A stretch of 64,000 nt of DNA. Origin: Octopus sinensis (lineage: Eukaryota). The notes beneath the pieces were generated by a model that ran no database searches, had not been told where the DNA came from, and saw only the letters and a list, made by a program, of their open reading frames with translations. The stretch lies in assembly GCF_006345805.1 (NCBI RefSeq), contig NC_043014.1, positions 50,220,001 to 50,284,000 on the forward strand, written 5' to 3'. Shown in pieces: positions 51,836 to 64,000 of this stretch (its first letter is position 1; each line of letters begins with the position of its first letter). Position numbers and translations under genes: made by a program.

Positions 51836-54439
51836 CAGACACACACACACACACACGACGCTCTGAAAACCCATTAGCTAAATAAAGTCGCTGAACCACG
51901 ACAGCAGCAGAAAGCAGCGGAGGCGGGATTTGAACCCGCAACGTCAATACCCATAAAAACAAACAAGAAAAACAAAAAAAAAACCAAAGCCGGGCGCTCT
52001 ACCGATTATTATTCTTTTTTTCAATACAATTTCCACAACATTTTTTTTTCTTTTCCACAATTTTAATACTTATACATAATAATGTTAATTAATTATAATT
52101 AGTTTTTGTTTTTTTTTCAAAGCATAATTTTTTTCTTCTCTGAAGCAACATTCAATAACACGACAATAACCAAATTATACATACATACAATATATACACA
52201 TGTGTGTGGGTGTATGTACACGCTTTTGTATACATGAATGCATGTATATACGCGTGAATATACATGTGTGTGTGTATGTATTATATATATATATACATGT
52301 ATGCGTGTGAGTGTATACGTGTGAAAATGTATATATATACACCAAGTGTGTATATATATATATATACATACACATCTGTGTATGTTTTAGTTAGTTTTAT
52401 ATAAAAAAAAACATACATGTAAGCGGTGTATATATATATATATATACACACAAAATCATACACGCGTATTTGTGTATATGTAGTTACTGTTATGCGTATA
52501 TTGACTGAATATATATATATACACACGTATTTATGAATATATATTCAATTTCTGTGTGTATATATTACATCTAATTACTATGCATATGTATGTTCTACAT
52601 GCAGAAGTATATATATATATATATATATATATACATACACTTACATGAATATACATGCCGCGAGTGGGTATGTTCGTGCATATATGTGTGTATATATGTA
52701 TGTATATGTGTTCGTGTATGTATATATGCTACAAATCTTACCTGTTGTTTGAAGAAGAGCCATTAAAACCAAGGTTATAGACAACAAACGGACGAAGACT
52801 TCCATGATGGAAACACAATAAACGATTTTATACGTTTATGTATCGGTCGTAGATATATATATATATATGACGGGGTAAAAACCAGACGACAACTTAACAG
52901 GGTGTATACAAGTATATACACCTCGTAATTTGATAAATTTTTCACTGAAATATGCTTGTTGCGTAAGATATTATGTAGAATGCAAGAAATTTCTCCGAAT
53001 TTAGACGAATTTAGACATTTTTAGTAAAACTTCCTCGGTCGTCTGTCGCTCCCTGTCCGCCTTCTTTGGTGGGAAACGTAGAAAATGGATAAAAAAAAAT
53101 CTATTTTTCCTTCTTTTCCTCTCTCTCTCTCACTCCAGCAATATATTAATTATTTATATTAATGAAGACTTGGTATATCTTGTTCAATTAAGTATATTTC
53201 TTCCTTCAAACAAATCCAGGTAATGAATGTTGTGGGATTGATAATAATAATTATTTCCTTTTTTTTTTCTTGTATTTTCTTGTGTTTTTCTGTTTTTCTT
53301 TTTTGTTTTTCCGTTCTGTAAAATATTTTTTTTAAATATATTTTATCCAGGATTTTGATTCCTTGATTTTGTAAAATAAATGCAACCCTTTTAAAACCCC
53401 TTTTTTCTCCTTTTTTTTGTGGTCAATTAAAACACAAACCCTCTTCTAATTCTTAACACTAATTAATAATGTAAATTAAAATAAATTAACTATTATTTTG
53501 TAAGATTTAGAGAGAAAAAACCTAACTTGATGACTGGGCGTGTATGTATACACATATATATATACACACAGATGATTTATACACAGATATATATATGCAA
53601 ATATATATATATATGTATTATGTGTATATATATATGTCTATCTTCTTGACTTAGGTGAAGACTTTGGACATGTAATATATCGAATTAAAAAAAAAATAAC
53701 ACCAAACCAGCCAATATGTGTGTATATATATTATATATATATACGTTGGTGTATATATATATACATATATACAGTAATGGTGTGTGTATATAGCAAGACT
53801 ATCGTGGAAAACGATTTCACAGATTGAGAAAAGACTTCTCTTTCGTCGAATTGCTTCTTTCGTTCCTCCTCCCACTACAAATTTCTCCTTCCTTTTACTA
53901 CTCTTTCTAACCCTCACTTGTCCTTTTTATTACTCTTTCTACTCTTTCCAACCCTCCCTCACTCACTTAATATATATACTTACACTCTCTCCCTTTCTCT
54001 GTAGTTCACTCTCTCTTTCTCTGTAGTTCACTCTCACTCGTGTACCTCTACCTCTCTACTTGCATTCTCCGTCTCCTTCTCCTGCTCCTTCTCCTCCTCC
54101 TCTGTCTCCGATTCTTACACTCAACCTTTATACTTCCCCCCCTCTCTGAATTCTTTATCTCTCTCTCTCTCACTCTTTTTCATTTACATTTTCATCAGTC
54201 TCTGTCACTCCTTCTTGCCCCCCTTCCTCTCACTTTACTCTCTTTCTCTCTCTTTTTTTTTTCCTTCATACTTTCTACTTTCTCTCTCTCTCAATATTTT
54301 GACTCTAACTCGCTCTTTCCGACCGTTTCTCTTTGTTTCCCTTGTTTGTCTTACTGTTTCTTTATTCTACTCCTCTCTCTCTCTTCTATCTCTATATCCA
54401 TTGTTTCCGTTTCCTACATACATAAGCGCATATATTATA

Positions 54440-54575
54440 TATATATAGATAGACAAATAGATAGATATATAGACAGACAGATAGACAGCTAGAAAGATAG
54501 ATAGATAGAAAGATAGACAGACAGATAGACAGCTAGAAGGATAGATAGATAGATAGATAGATAGACAGCTAGAAG

Positions 54576-54613
<38 letters not shown>

Positions 54614-54774
54614 CAGCTAGAAAGATAGATAGATAGATAGATAGACAGACAGATAGACAGCTAGAAAGATAGATAGATAGAAAGATAGACAGACAGATAG
54701 ACAGCTAGAAGATAGATAGATAGATAGATAGATAGACAGCTAGAAGGATAGATAAGATAGATAGATCGACAGCT

Positions 54775-54805
<31 letters not shown>

Positions 54806-54810
54806 CAGCT

Positions 54811-54877
<67 letters not shown>

Positions 54878-54925
54878 CAGCTAGAAAGATAGATAGATAC
54901 ATACATAGATAGATAGATAGATCCT
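54440..54925 (+). repeat. (GATA)n array punctuated by about 10 copies of gacagctagaa
   Basis: Directly visible. Confidence 0.95.
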
Positions 54926-55056
54926 ATCACTCATGGTGTCATTTGACACTCACTCAGTTCACTCCATTTTTATTTCTTCGTCATTTCTTCTTTTCATCTA
55001 ATCTCATTTTTCTATAATATCGCCAACCTCTTCCATCATTCACACACACTCCTATG

Positions 55057-55087
<31 letters not shown>

Positions 55088-55598
55088 TTCTCTCTCTATT
55101 CCTTATTACTCTACTACCGTAGCTTCCTTCTCTCACTCACACTCAGTCCCTCTCTCTCCCTTACTCTTTCTCTTTATCAATCACTATCATTTTGTCTCTT
55201 TCTGTCTTCCTCTTTCTCCTTTGCATCTCTATAAATTTTACTCTATCTATATCTAACAGTCTCTCTCTCTCTCTCTCTCTTTATCAATTACTAATACTCT
55301 TTCATTCTCCCCCTCTCTCTGACTCTAACAATCTCCCTATATCTAACACTCTCATACGTCTCCCTCTCTCTCTCTTTCTCCCTCCTTTCCTTCCCTCTCT
55401 CTCTCTCTATTATATACTACTGACATCTATCTCCTCTTCCTTCACCTCTTACTCCTATAATCAATCTTCAATTTGACTCCCTCGTCTTTTCTCTTCTCTC
55501 ACTCTCTATATACAGATAGAACCGTATATACCTTCCTACTTACATATCTATCTCTCTGCCTTCCACTCATTCTGTCGGTTCTCCCACTCTCAACCATT

Positions 55599-55645
<47 letters not shown>

Positions 55646-56049
55646 GTGTATATATATGTGTGAGTGTGTATATGCATATATATATATATATACACGTACC
55701 TACGTACTACCTTTCTGCCTCCCACTCAGTGTTCCTATGCTCTCTTTCTCTCACCTTTCCTCACCTTCCATGTATCTATCTATCTATCTATCTCCCTACC
55801 TATGTTTTCTGCCTCCCACTCTCTCTGTTCGTCTGCTCGTTTCTCTTACCCCACTCTCACACTCTCTCTATCTCTCTCTAGCTTTCTTCACCCGTTCACT
55901 TTTCCGTTGGTTTTTAAAAACCAAATTTCCTTCATCTGGATTTTAGATTCTTATTGAGCCAAGGCGACAGAAAGACCTTGGATTCTTTCTTGTCGACGGC
56001 ATCACTTCATTTCTTTCTTCCATCCAAGAAGGATAGCATTTATTTGCAT

Positions 56050-56054
56050 ATCTG

Positions 56055-56089
<35 letters not shown>

Positions 56090-56096
56090 ATCTACC

Positions 56097-56152
<56 letters not shown>

Positions 56153-56280
56153 CCTCTATCTTTCTATCTATCTACCTCTATTTATCTATCTATCTATCTA
56201 CCTCTCTATCTATCTATCTTTCTACCTCTCTATCTATCTATCTATTTATCTATCTGTCTATTTGTCTATTATCAATCTAT
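56050..56280 (+). repeat. (TATC)n array
   Basis: Directly visible. Confidence 0.95.
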
Positions 56281-57249
56281 ATACATATGTGTTTGTTTGT
56301 ATACACATACATATATACATACTGGTGTATATGTATACATATTTTGAAACAAACACTTGAAAAGATGTGTACACACGCGCGTGTGTGTGTGTGCATATAT
56401 GTATATATATATATGTCGTGTCTATACACTAATACATGTATACGTGTGTATATATACACATATATATGTGTGTGTGGAGAGAGAGAGAGAGAGTACGACG
56501 TCTATGTATGTACATATATTTGTATATACACACACATATCTACATATATATATATATATCCAATACACACACACACACTCGTTTCTGTGAGACAGAATGT
56601 GAATATATATACGTGTGTGTGTGTGTGTGTGTTTGTGTGTTAGTTGTTTTATCGAAGACTAACGTAGTTAGTTCAATGACCAAACAACATACAAAAGAGA
56701 AATTGGTGAATGTTTCCATTCTGTCGTTCTAATGATGGAACTGCAGCCATCATTTCCTCTCAGATTCCTTTTCCTTCGTCTTGTTCGATGGATATTCATT
56801 CATTTTCGCCTCCATTCTCTAAATTTCTGTGAGGAAAATAGAACATTATGTTGGTTAAAATATATGTATATATATATATAGCTATTATAATCAATTACAT
56901 ATATACGCTTATACAACCAAGTATATATATACATACATGTTTAATTTATACATGGGTGTCTATTTATTTGTCTATTTCTATCTCTCTCACGCTCTCTCTC
57001 TCTCTCTTTCTCTCACCCTCTACACATGCACATACGTTCATATACGATATGTATATAAATTTGTATTTTTATATGTATACATTTAATATATACTTGTTTA
57101 CAGAGATGTATATCTGTACACACACACACATATGTATATATATATTGTTGTATATATATATATATATATATGTGTGTGGGTGTATATATATACATAATTG
57201 TATATATATGTGTATGTATATATATATATATATATACATATATATACAC

Positions 57250-57284
<35 letters not shown>

Positions 57285-58109
57285 ATTGTATATATATATA
57301 TGTAATGTATATAATATATACTATATATATATATAATATATTTATACATAATTGTATATATATATATATATATATATATGCCTACATATGTATGATGCAT
57401 GTGTGTATACACTTGGGTTTTGAAATACACACTTATCTATGCATATACATATGCATATATACATATAAATACATGTATATATACATGAGTATCCTCTCTC
57501 TATATCTATCCTCTCCCTCTCTCTCTATCTATATATCTATATATATATATATATATGTGTGTGTGTGCATCCATGTATGTATGTATACATGTATGTATGT
57601 ATGTACATATTATATGTATACATATCTGCGCTTGTCTGTATGGAAAAGCTTTCTTGTCGTTTTGCATCGTCGTAACGGCGGAGGCAGCAAGGTTCTGCAG
57701 CCGTTATTATTATCTAGGCCAGAAAACAAAATCACCGTTGCGGAACCCACTTCGTGTCCCACCACAGCCAAGTTTAACGAGAACCTCAGGGGACAGTTCA
57801 AAATCAGCCCCTACCACTACTGCCTCTGCTGAACATAAACCCTTTCCTTTTTACTAGTAACCCCGCTTTTTTTTTTTTTCATTATTTTCCTTTTTGTTTT
57901 TTTACTTTTGTGGCTCAAAGATCTGTTTTTTAAAATGTTATGATTTGGTCATGTTCCTTACAGACATATACCCATACAGATACACGATAGCGTGTATTAT
58001 ATATATATGTGTGTGTGTGTGTGTATACATACACACACATATGTGAGTGTATATTATATATATATATATATAGATATATATATATTAATATATAGAGAGA
58101 GAGAGAGAG

Positions 58110-58500
58110 AGATAGATAGATAGATAGATAGACAGATAGATAAAGATAGACAGATAGATAGATGACAGAGATTAGATAGATAGAGATAGATAGACAGAAA
58201 GATAGACAGATAGATAGACAGAAAGATAGATTGATAGTAGATAGACAGATAGATAGATAGATAGATAGATAGAGAAAGATAGACAGATAGATAGGTAGAT
58301 AGATAGATAGATAGATGATAGATAGATAGATAGATAGACAGACAGAAGATAGATCGATAGATAGATAGACAGATAGATAGACAGAAGCAGATAGACAGAC
58401 AGAAAGATAGATAGATAGACAGATAGATAGATAGATAGACAGACAGAAAGATAGACAGATAGTTAGATTGATAGATAGATAGACAGAAAGATAGATAGAT
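58110..58500 (+). repeat. (GATA/GACA)n array
   Basis: Directly visible. Confidence 0.95.
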
Positions 58501-58849
58501 TTGGCGATACAAGGAGGAAAATAGTCAAAGCATGAATATATACACATATATGTATGTGTACATACATATATATATGTGTATGTATACATATATATATATT
58601 TATCATTACTGGTCAGGAGTGACAGAATGACTCACGAACCGAGGGATTCGTTCATTAGAGCTTATGTATACACAAACATACATACACACATATACATAAA
58701 TACATACATCATATATACACGCAGGCATACGTACACATTACATACATGTGTCCGTATGTATGGAAAACGGACGTTAAATTATAACAAACATACATACATA
58801 CATACATACATACATCATACATACATACATACATACGTTTATATACACG

Positions 58850-59225
58850 CGTTGCTGTGTAAGAAATTTGTTTCCCAACCATATGGTTCCGCGTTCAGTT
58901 CCAATCCATGGCATCTTGTACTATAGCCTCGGGACTATCAAAGCCTTCTGAGTGGATTTGATAGACGGAAACTGAAAGAAGCCCGTCGTGTGCGTATATA
59001 TATGTGTGTGTGTGCGTGTATGTGTACGTGTTTGTAACTCCACCGCCACTGGACAAGCTGTGTTCGGCTTGTTTACGTCCCCTTAACTTAGAGGTTCGGC
59101 AATGTGTTCGATAAAATAAATATTAGGCTTTAAAAAAAAAAGTACTGGGCGTCGATTGGTTCCACTAAAAAATTTTTAAGGTCGTGCTCCAGTATGGCCG
59201 CAGTCTAATGACTGAAACAAGAAAA
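58850..59225 (+). mobile_element. SINE family A, diverged
   Basis: Contains gtggatttgatagacggaaactgaaagaagcccgtcg and the ctccagtatggccgcagtc tail. Confidence 0.8.
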
Positions 59226-59416
59226 CGATTGTGAAGGTATATCTCTCTTCACATGACACCAATGGTAGGTCGGTTAACCCACGAATAAAGATTATTTTAT
59301 CCAACAACGCGGTGTTGAACATTAATCCTCACTTCGAAATAAACATATATATATACATACATATATACATACATGTATGTACGTTGGACTGCAGAACTCT
59401 TCAACGCTTTTTTAAT

Positions 59417-59455
<39 letters not shown>

Positions 59456-59713
59456 ACTCTCTCTCTCTCTTTCCTATATATATATATATATATCATATAT
59501 ATACATATATATATATATATCTATATATATATAGATATATATATATATATATATATGAATTAAAAATGGAGTTAACGCAGGTGTAATCAATATTTTTACT
59601 TTCGACACATGTTTCGAAAATTCCACTGATACTGTTCAAAAGAATAAATGCTGCCCTGGTAACTATTTATTTATTTTTTCCGTGTTAATTGTTAACAAGG
59701 TAAAAATACACTC

Positions 59714-59755
<42 letters not shown>

Positions 59756-59781
59756 CTATCTATTTATATGTGTGCGTATAT

Positions 59782-60023
59782 TTACTCTCTTTTACTCTTT
59801 TACTTGTTTCAGTCATTTGGCTGTGGCCATGCTGGAGCACCGCCTTTAGTCGAACAAATCGACCCCAGGACTTATTCTTTGTAAGCCCAGTACTTATTCT
59901 ATCGGTCACTTTTGCTGAACCGCTAAGTTACGGGACCGTATATATACCAGCATCAGTTGTCAAGCGATATACACACACACACTGACACACACACACACAC
60001 ACACATACATATATTATATATAA

Positions 60024-60078
<55 letters not shown>

Positions 60079-60096
60079 CACACACACGCGCACACG

Positions 60097-60131
<35 letters not shown>

Positions 60132-60290
60132 CGGCCTTCTTTCAGTTTCTGTCTACCAAATCTACTCACAAGGCTTTGGTCGGCCGAGGCTATAGTAGAA
60201 GACACTTACCCAAGGTGCCACGCAGTGGGACTGAACCCAGAACCATATGGTTGGTAAGCAAGCTACTTACCACACAGTCACTCCTACGCC
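59782..60290 (-). mobile_element. SINE family A with expanded internal microsatellite
   Basis: Both arms are intact, with about 160 bp of (CA)/(TA) repeat in the middle. Confidence 0.9.
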
Positions 60291-60291
60291 G

Positions 60292-60373
<82 letters not shown>

Positions 60374-60536
60374 CAACCTTAGGCAAGTGTTTTCTACTAG
60401 TGTCCTTTTGGTTATCTCGCCCCCATTAAAAAAATTGGCTTTTCTGTCCCCCTCTCCGTTTTATGAAAAATATCGGTGCGTTTGGTTATATTCCCCAACT
60501 AAAAAAAATTGTTTAACCCTCAATTAAACAAAAAAG

Positions 60537-60930
60537 ATGAAAGAATTACTAAAGAGGAAAACTGAAAACATCTCATTGAATCTCTTTTCTATTTCATTTC
60601 TCTTTTATCATTGATAAACATGAGAGAGGAATGCGTGTAGTAGACAGTCGACGATCTGCACCATCCTGAATAAAAAGGACGAAATCAAGGCCGTTACAAC
60701 AGCAAATGGTGTCTCCAGGCTCTCTAAGCAACGTACATCTGTCCGCGACAGGATGGGGGAAATTGCTTCTCCTGTGGATCAATGAAAAGTAATTCGCAGG
60801 GGATAAGATTAAGGAGACCATCAGCTGGGAAATAGCACGAGCACTGTATGGGGAGCTGTATGAGGAAGCAGAACCCTGGAACATCGACGGAGGAGACATT
60901 AGCAGACGCATTTAAAGCCAGTCCTGGATG
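60537..60930 (+). mobile_element. Tigger/pogo transposase N-terminal remnant (psq-type and CENP-B-type HTH)
   Basis: Reads IDKHERGMRVVD, STICTILNKKDEIK, RMGKLLLLWINEK*FAGD and DAFKAS; contains stops and frameshifts. Confidence 0.85.
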
Positions 60931-62072
60931 AATTTAAATTTATAAAAGTTCTATAACTTCATGAAAACAACCAAGGCCCCCTATCCTGGACAGTCCATGG
61001 ACCAACAGGTTATTTCTAATTTTAAGTAATTGTACACCAAACACCTGTAGTGAATCTTGCATGCATGAGGCGGATTCGATCCACCATAGCCAAATTTAAA
61101 TTAACACTGCAACAGAACTTTTCCCACGATGGAACAATGGCTTTTCTCTGACAGCGGTTTTACATTTTCCACATACCGGATCTTTTCCTTTTGAACGGCA
61201 CTTTGTAACATAATTTCTAGGTAACTAAAAAGTTTTAAACTTCGTATACTGGTAGAATGTGTTTATAAAACATCATTTTCTCTTGGCTTTATTGAGAAAA
61301 TTCTATAGGATGTAAGATATTTCGTCTAAAATTTCTAGTATTTCGGCAATTTTAACCAATCGCTGACGTCCATTTAGGTAAACAACATTCTGTGCATAAT
61401 AAATATGTCCCTCCTTTAAGAAACAGATTGGGTTTCTTTACATTTGTGAAGAAAAAAGATACCCTTCCCCCACCCCTAACCCTAACCCTAACTAACCCTA
61501 GCTAGGCCAAAATAATGTCTTCACCACTTGACCCTTTCTAACCTCTTCTACTTCACCAAAAGCTAGAATAGAGATAACAAGACCACCAACTAAATCTATT
61601 GTTCTCAATGATATGTCTATCCTTCTGGATAGCTATAAAAGCAAGCACACCCCAAGCAAAAATCAGTTAATTACATGGTGATGACTCAACGAGATCGTCA
61701 CAGTCGGTGATGACTCAACGAAATCTGGCTGACCAGCTGGAACCTTGGTCGGAGGGAGAAAGCAACTGTGAGACAAGACCCTACCATTCTCTCTAGCTCG
61801 GATTCTGTTCTCTTACAACACACAACTACTGTCTCCGACATTTCATCATATTGTTTACCAAATAAATTTCTGCCGTTACTCACCTGTTTCGTCGATGCTT
61901 AGAAGTCACCGAGAAAGGAGCACTAGGACATTATTAACAGTCTGAAAATCATCGATAAGGCCTGGCAGTGTAGCGGAGAATACTATCTCTACGAGTGACA
62001 TAAAGGCAGTGCTGGCAAAGTGGGAGCATGCTTCTGAATTTGTAGAAAAATATCATCCTGGAAAAGTAACTA

Positions 62073-62765
62073 TTGGGTTGTCCGGATAGCTCGTGCTGAT
62101 TTTTAAGGAAAGAAAAAGGTCAGGAAATACTTGCCATTACATTTTTAATCAGCCAAATATGAACCATTTTGTTGCACAATGCGTCTCCATCTTTCCTTTG
62201 ACTTGAAAATACTCGCTTCTCAGAATTGAGGTGGTTTCATGGCAAAGAATTCATCAAGGTATGTTTTTGCGTTATCCAAGGAATTGAAATTTTTAGCATT
62301 AAGACTCATCTGCAGAGAAATTCGAAGGAGACCACCACCTGGGAGAAAGCACGAGCACTGTATGGGGAAGCAGAACCCTGGAACATCGACGGAGAAGACA
62401 TTAGCAGACGCATTTAAGGCCAGTCGCGGTTGGTTTGATAATTTCAAGAAGAGGACTGGAAATCCGAAGGAGCAATATCTGGTGAAAATGGAGGGTGGGG
62501 AAACACATCCCAGCCGATCTGCAGCAATTTTTGTCTGGTTCCCAAAGCATCAAGTGCCGAAAATAAACTTTCTTATCTTCCATTTTAAATGGTTACAGAA
62601 TTAACACAGGTTATAGGAACATAAACCTTCTTCCAGGAAAAGATAGCATAAACTGTGCTCTAAATGGAGGTGTAGTCAAATCCTATTTTATGGACTCAAC
62701 CATGTTCTAAAATAAGTCGAAAGGTAAGCTACTATAAATCGGCATGAACTTTCCGGACAACCCAA
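62073..62765 (-). mobile_element. Internally deleted mariner with both TIRs and TA target duplication
   Basis: ta|ttgggttgtccggatagctcgtgctgat ... atcggcatgaactttccggacaacccaa|ta. Minus strand reads TRQKLLQIGWDVFPHPPFSPDIAPSD and LQMSLNAKNFNSLDNAKTYLDEFFAMKPPQF. Confidence 0.9.
62331..62458 (+). mobile_element. 128-bp Tigger fragment inserted in the mariner
   Basis: Paralogous to 60815-60930 (DAFKASRGWFDNFKKRTG) and flanked by 14-bp direct repeats. Confidence 0.85.
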
Positions 62766-63035
62766 TACAAGTCGTGCTGCTGCTTTATTTAATAACACTT
62801 CTCTGGTGCATTTTCGTAAGATTTTGAAAGGCAGAAAAAAGCAGACTTCTCTTGATATGCATCTAATGAAACGACCTGCAAACGTAAAAAATGAAGAAAA
62901 TGTGTCCAAAAAGCTTAGATTAAGCGAATTAAGAAAGAAAACGCCAGAAATTGTCCTCCTTCCAGACAGTAATTCTCCTCCCCGCTTTATCGTCTTCCTC
63001 GCGCACAAATCGTCCCATCTTAAAGGTAATTCAAT

Positions 63036-63049
63036 TAATAATAATAATG

Positions 63050-63086
<37 letters not shown>

Positions 63087-63098
63087 TAATAATAATAA
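63036..63098. repeat. (AAT)n microsatellite, left flank of the Dong/R4-like element
   Basis: Directly visible; a second tract lies at 63534-63565. Confidence 0.95.
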
Positions 63099-63533
63099 GA
63101 CATGAGTATTCCCTGTGATCACAATATAGCGGCGAAAGAATTTGACAAGATTAGTAAATATAAAGACCTGCTAATGGAAATTGAAAAAATGTGGCATCTC
63201 AGGGCGACTACAGTACCAGTGATTGTAGGATCTCTAGGAATGATAAAAAAAAAGGTACTGAAACCTATTTGAAAATGATTCCAGGCTTACCATCCCTACA
63301 GGAAGTGCAAAAAATCGTATTAACTGGAACGGCTCATGTACTGAGAAGAGCACTATCGCTGTGAAAATAACGTCCATCCATGAATTTATTTATTTATTAA
63401 TTTTTAAATACATATTTTATCTGTGAATTTGCGCGTGTAATCTGGGAATGCATACAATGCCCTTCTCTGCCATAGGTGTATGGAAAACACTCGGCGAGAA
63501 AAGGAAGAAAATTTGAAGAAAGAAGGAAAAAAC
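63099..63533 (+). mobile_element. 5'-truncated R4/Dong-like non-LTR retrotransposon (restriction-like endonuclease C-terminus and 3' UTR)
   Basis: Reads DMSIPCDHNIAAKEFDKISKYKDLLMEIEKMWHLRATTVPVIVGSLGMIKK / GTETYLKMIPGLPSLQEVQKIVLTGTAHVLRRALSL* with one frameshift in an A9 run; (AAT)n on both sides. Confidence 0.8.
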
Positions 63534-63566
<33 letters not shown>

Positions 63567-63893
63567 TAAGGAGGAAGTCAACTTCTGAAACCACTTCTTA
63601 AACTCAAGATGTTCCTGTGGTGTTTGAATTTGTTTTGTGTTGATAAAATGTTGCCCAACATTGAACTCGCTTTCCAGAGCAATCAGTTACAAAAATCGAC
63701 ACTTATTGTAACGGTCTGGAACCGACTACACTTCCGGTCACTCGTTTACCTTCTCCCGAAAGGAAGTTCTAGGGGAGAACAAGGTAAGAGTAGAACTGGG
63801 AACAATGGTGTGAAGAGATGGTTATGCACACTTCGAAACCCGGAAACTCCTGTATCAAAGCTCCACTACCGGATGCAATCGAAAGCCATATTG

Positions 63894-63896
<3 letters not shown>

Positions 63897-63929
<33 letters not shown>

Positions 63930-63975
63930 CACACACACACACCACACACACACACACACACACACGCACACATTC
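63897..63975. repeat. (CA)n microsatellite
   Basis: Directly visible. Confidence 0.95.
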
Positions 63976-64000
63976 GTACACACATTTATGAAAATCGAGA

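Larger units (their letters stand above)
61920..62945 (+). mobile_element. Tigger/pogo transposase C-terminal remnant, split by a mariner insertion
   Basis: IINSLKIIDKAW and SDIKAVLAKWEHASEFVEKYHPGKVT lie before 62072; TSRAAALFNNTSLVHFRKILKGRKKQTSLD continues in frame after 62767. Confidence 0.85.

Noticed and set aside
46650-58926. Many ORFs of 60-230 aa ([16 protein letters not shown])
   Set aside because: They are translations of di- and tetranucleotide microsatellites.
61474-61500. Interstitial telomere / chromosome fusion scar
   Set aside because: Only three perfect hexamers are present, embedded in a probable transposon, which is insufficient.
63707-63896. Possible LTR start (tgtaacgg...)
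   Set aside because: No matching terminus, TSD or primer-binding site is visible within the window.

Overview
This is AT-rich, repeat-dominated eukaryotic genomic DNA. It looks like coleoid cephalopod (Octopus-like) sequence, which is an inference from its SINE/RTE content and extreme microsatellite density. I found no rRNA or true tRNA genes, no CRISPR array and no prokaryotic features. The left ~35 kb is CpG-poor and contains a chain of short minus-strand AG/GT-bounded open segments; seven of them (13440 to 5081) join in phase without stops, suggesting a multi-exon gene of unrecognised product whose 5' end may be near 35.4 kb. Its introns carry decayed RTE LINEs, several modular tRNA-derived SINE families and a mariner remnant. 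The right ~29 kb retains CpG, is dominated by microsatellites and SINE relics, and ends in a nested transposon cluster: a Tigger/pogo element split by a mariner, which itself holds a Tigger fragment between 14-bp direct repeats, followed by a Dong/R4-like retroelement inside an (AAT)n tract. Exon calls were made by eye and are hypotheses, and repeat boundaries are approximate. I did not find a clearly new biological system; the best leads are the unidentified gene, the nested or templated insertion and an apparent conversion tract between two RTE copies.
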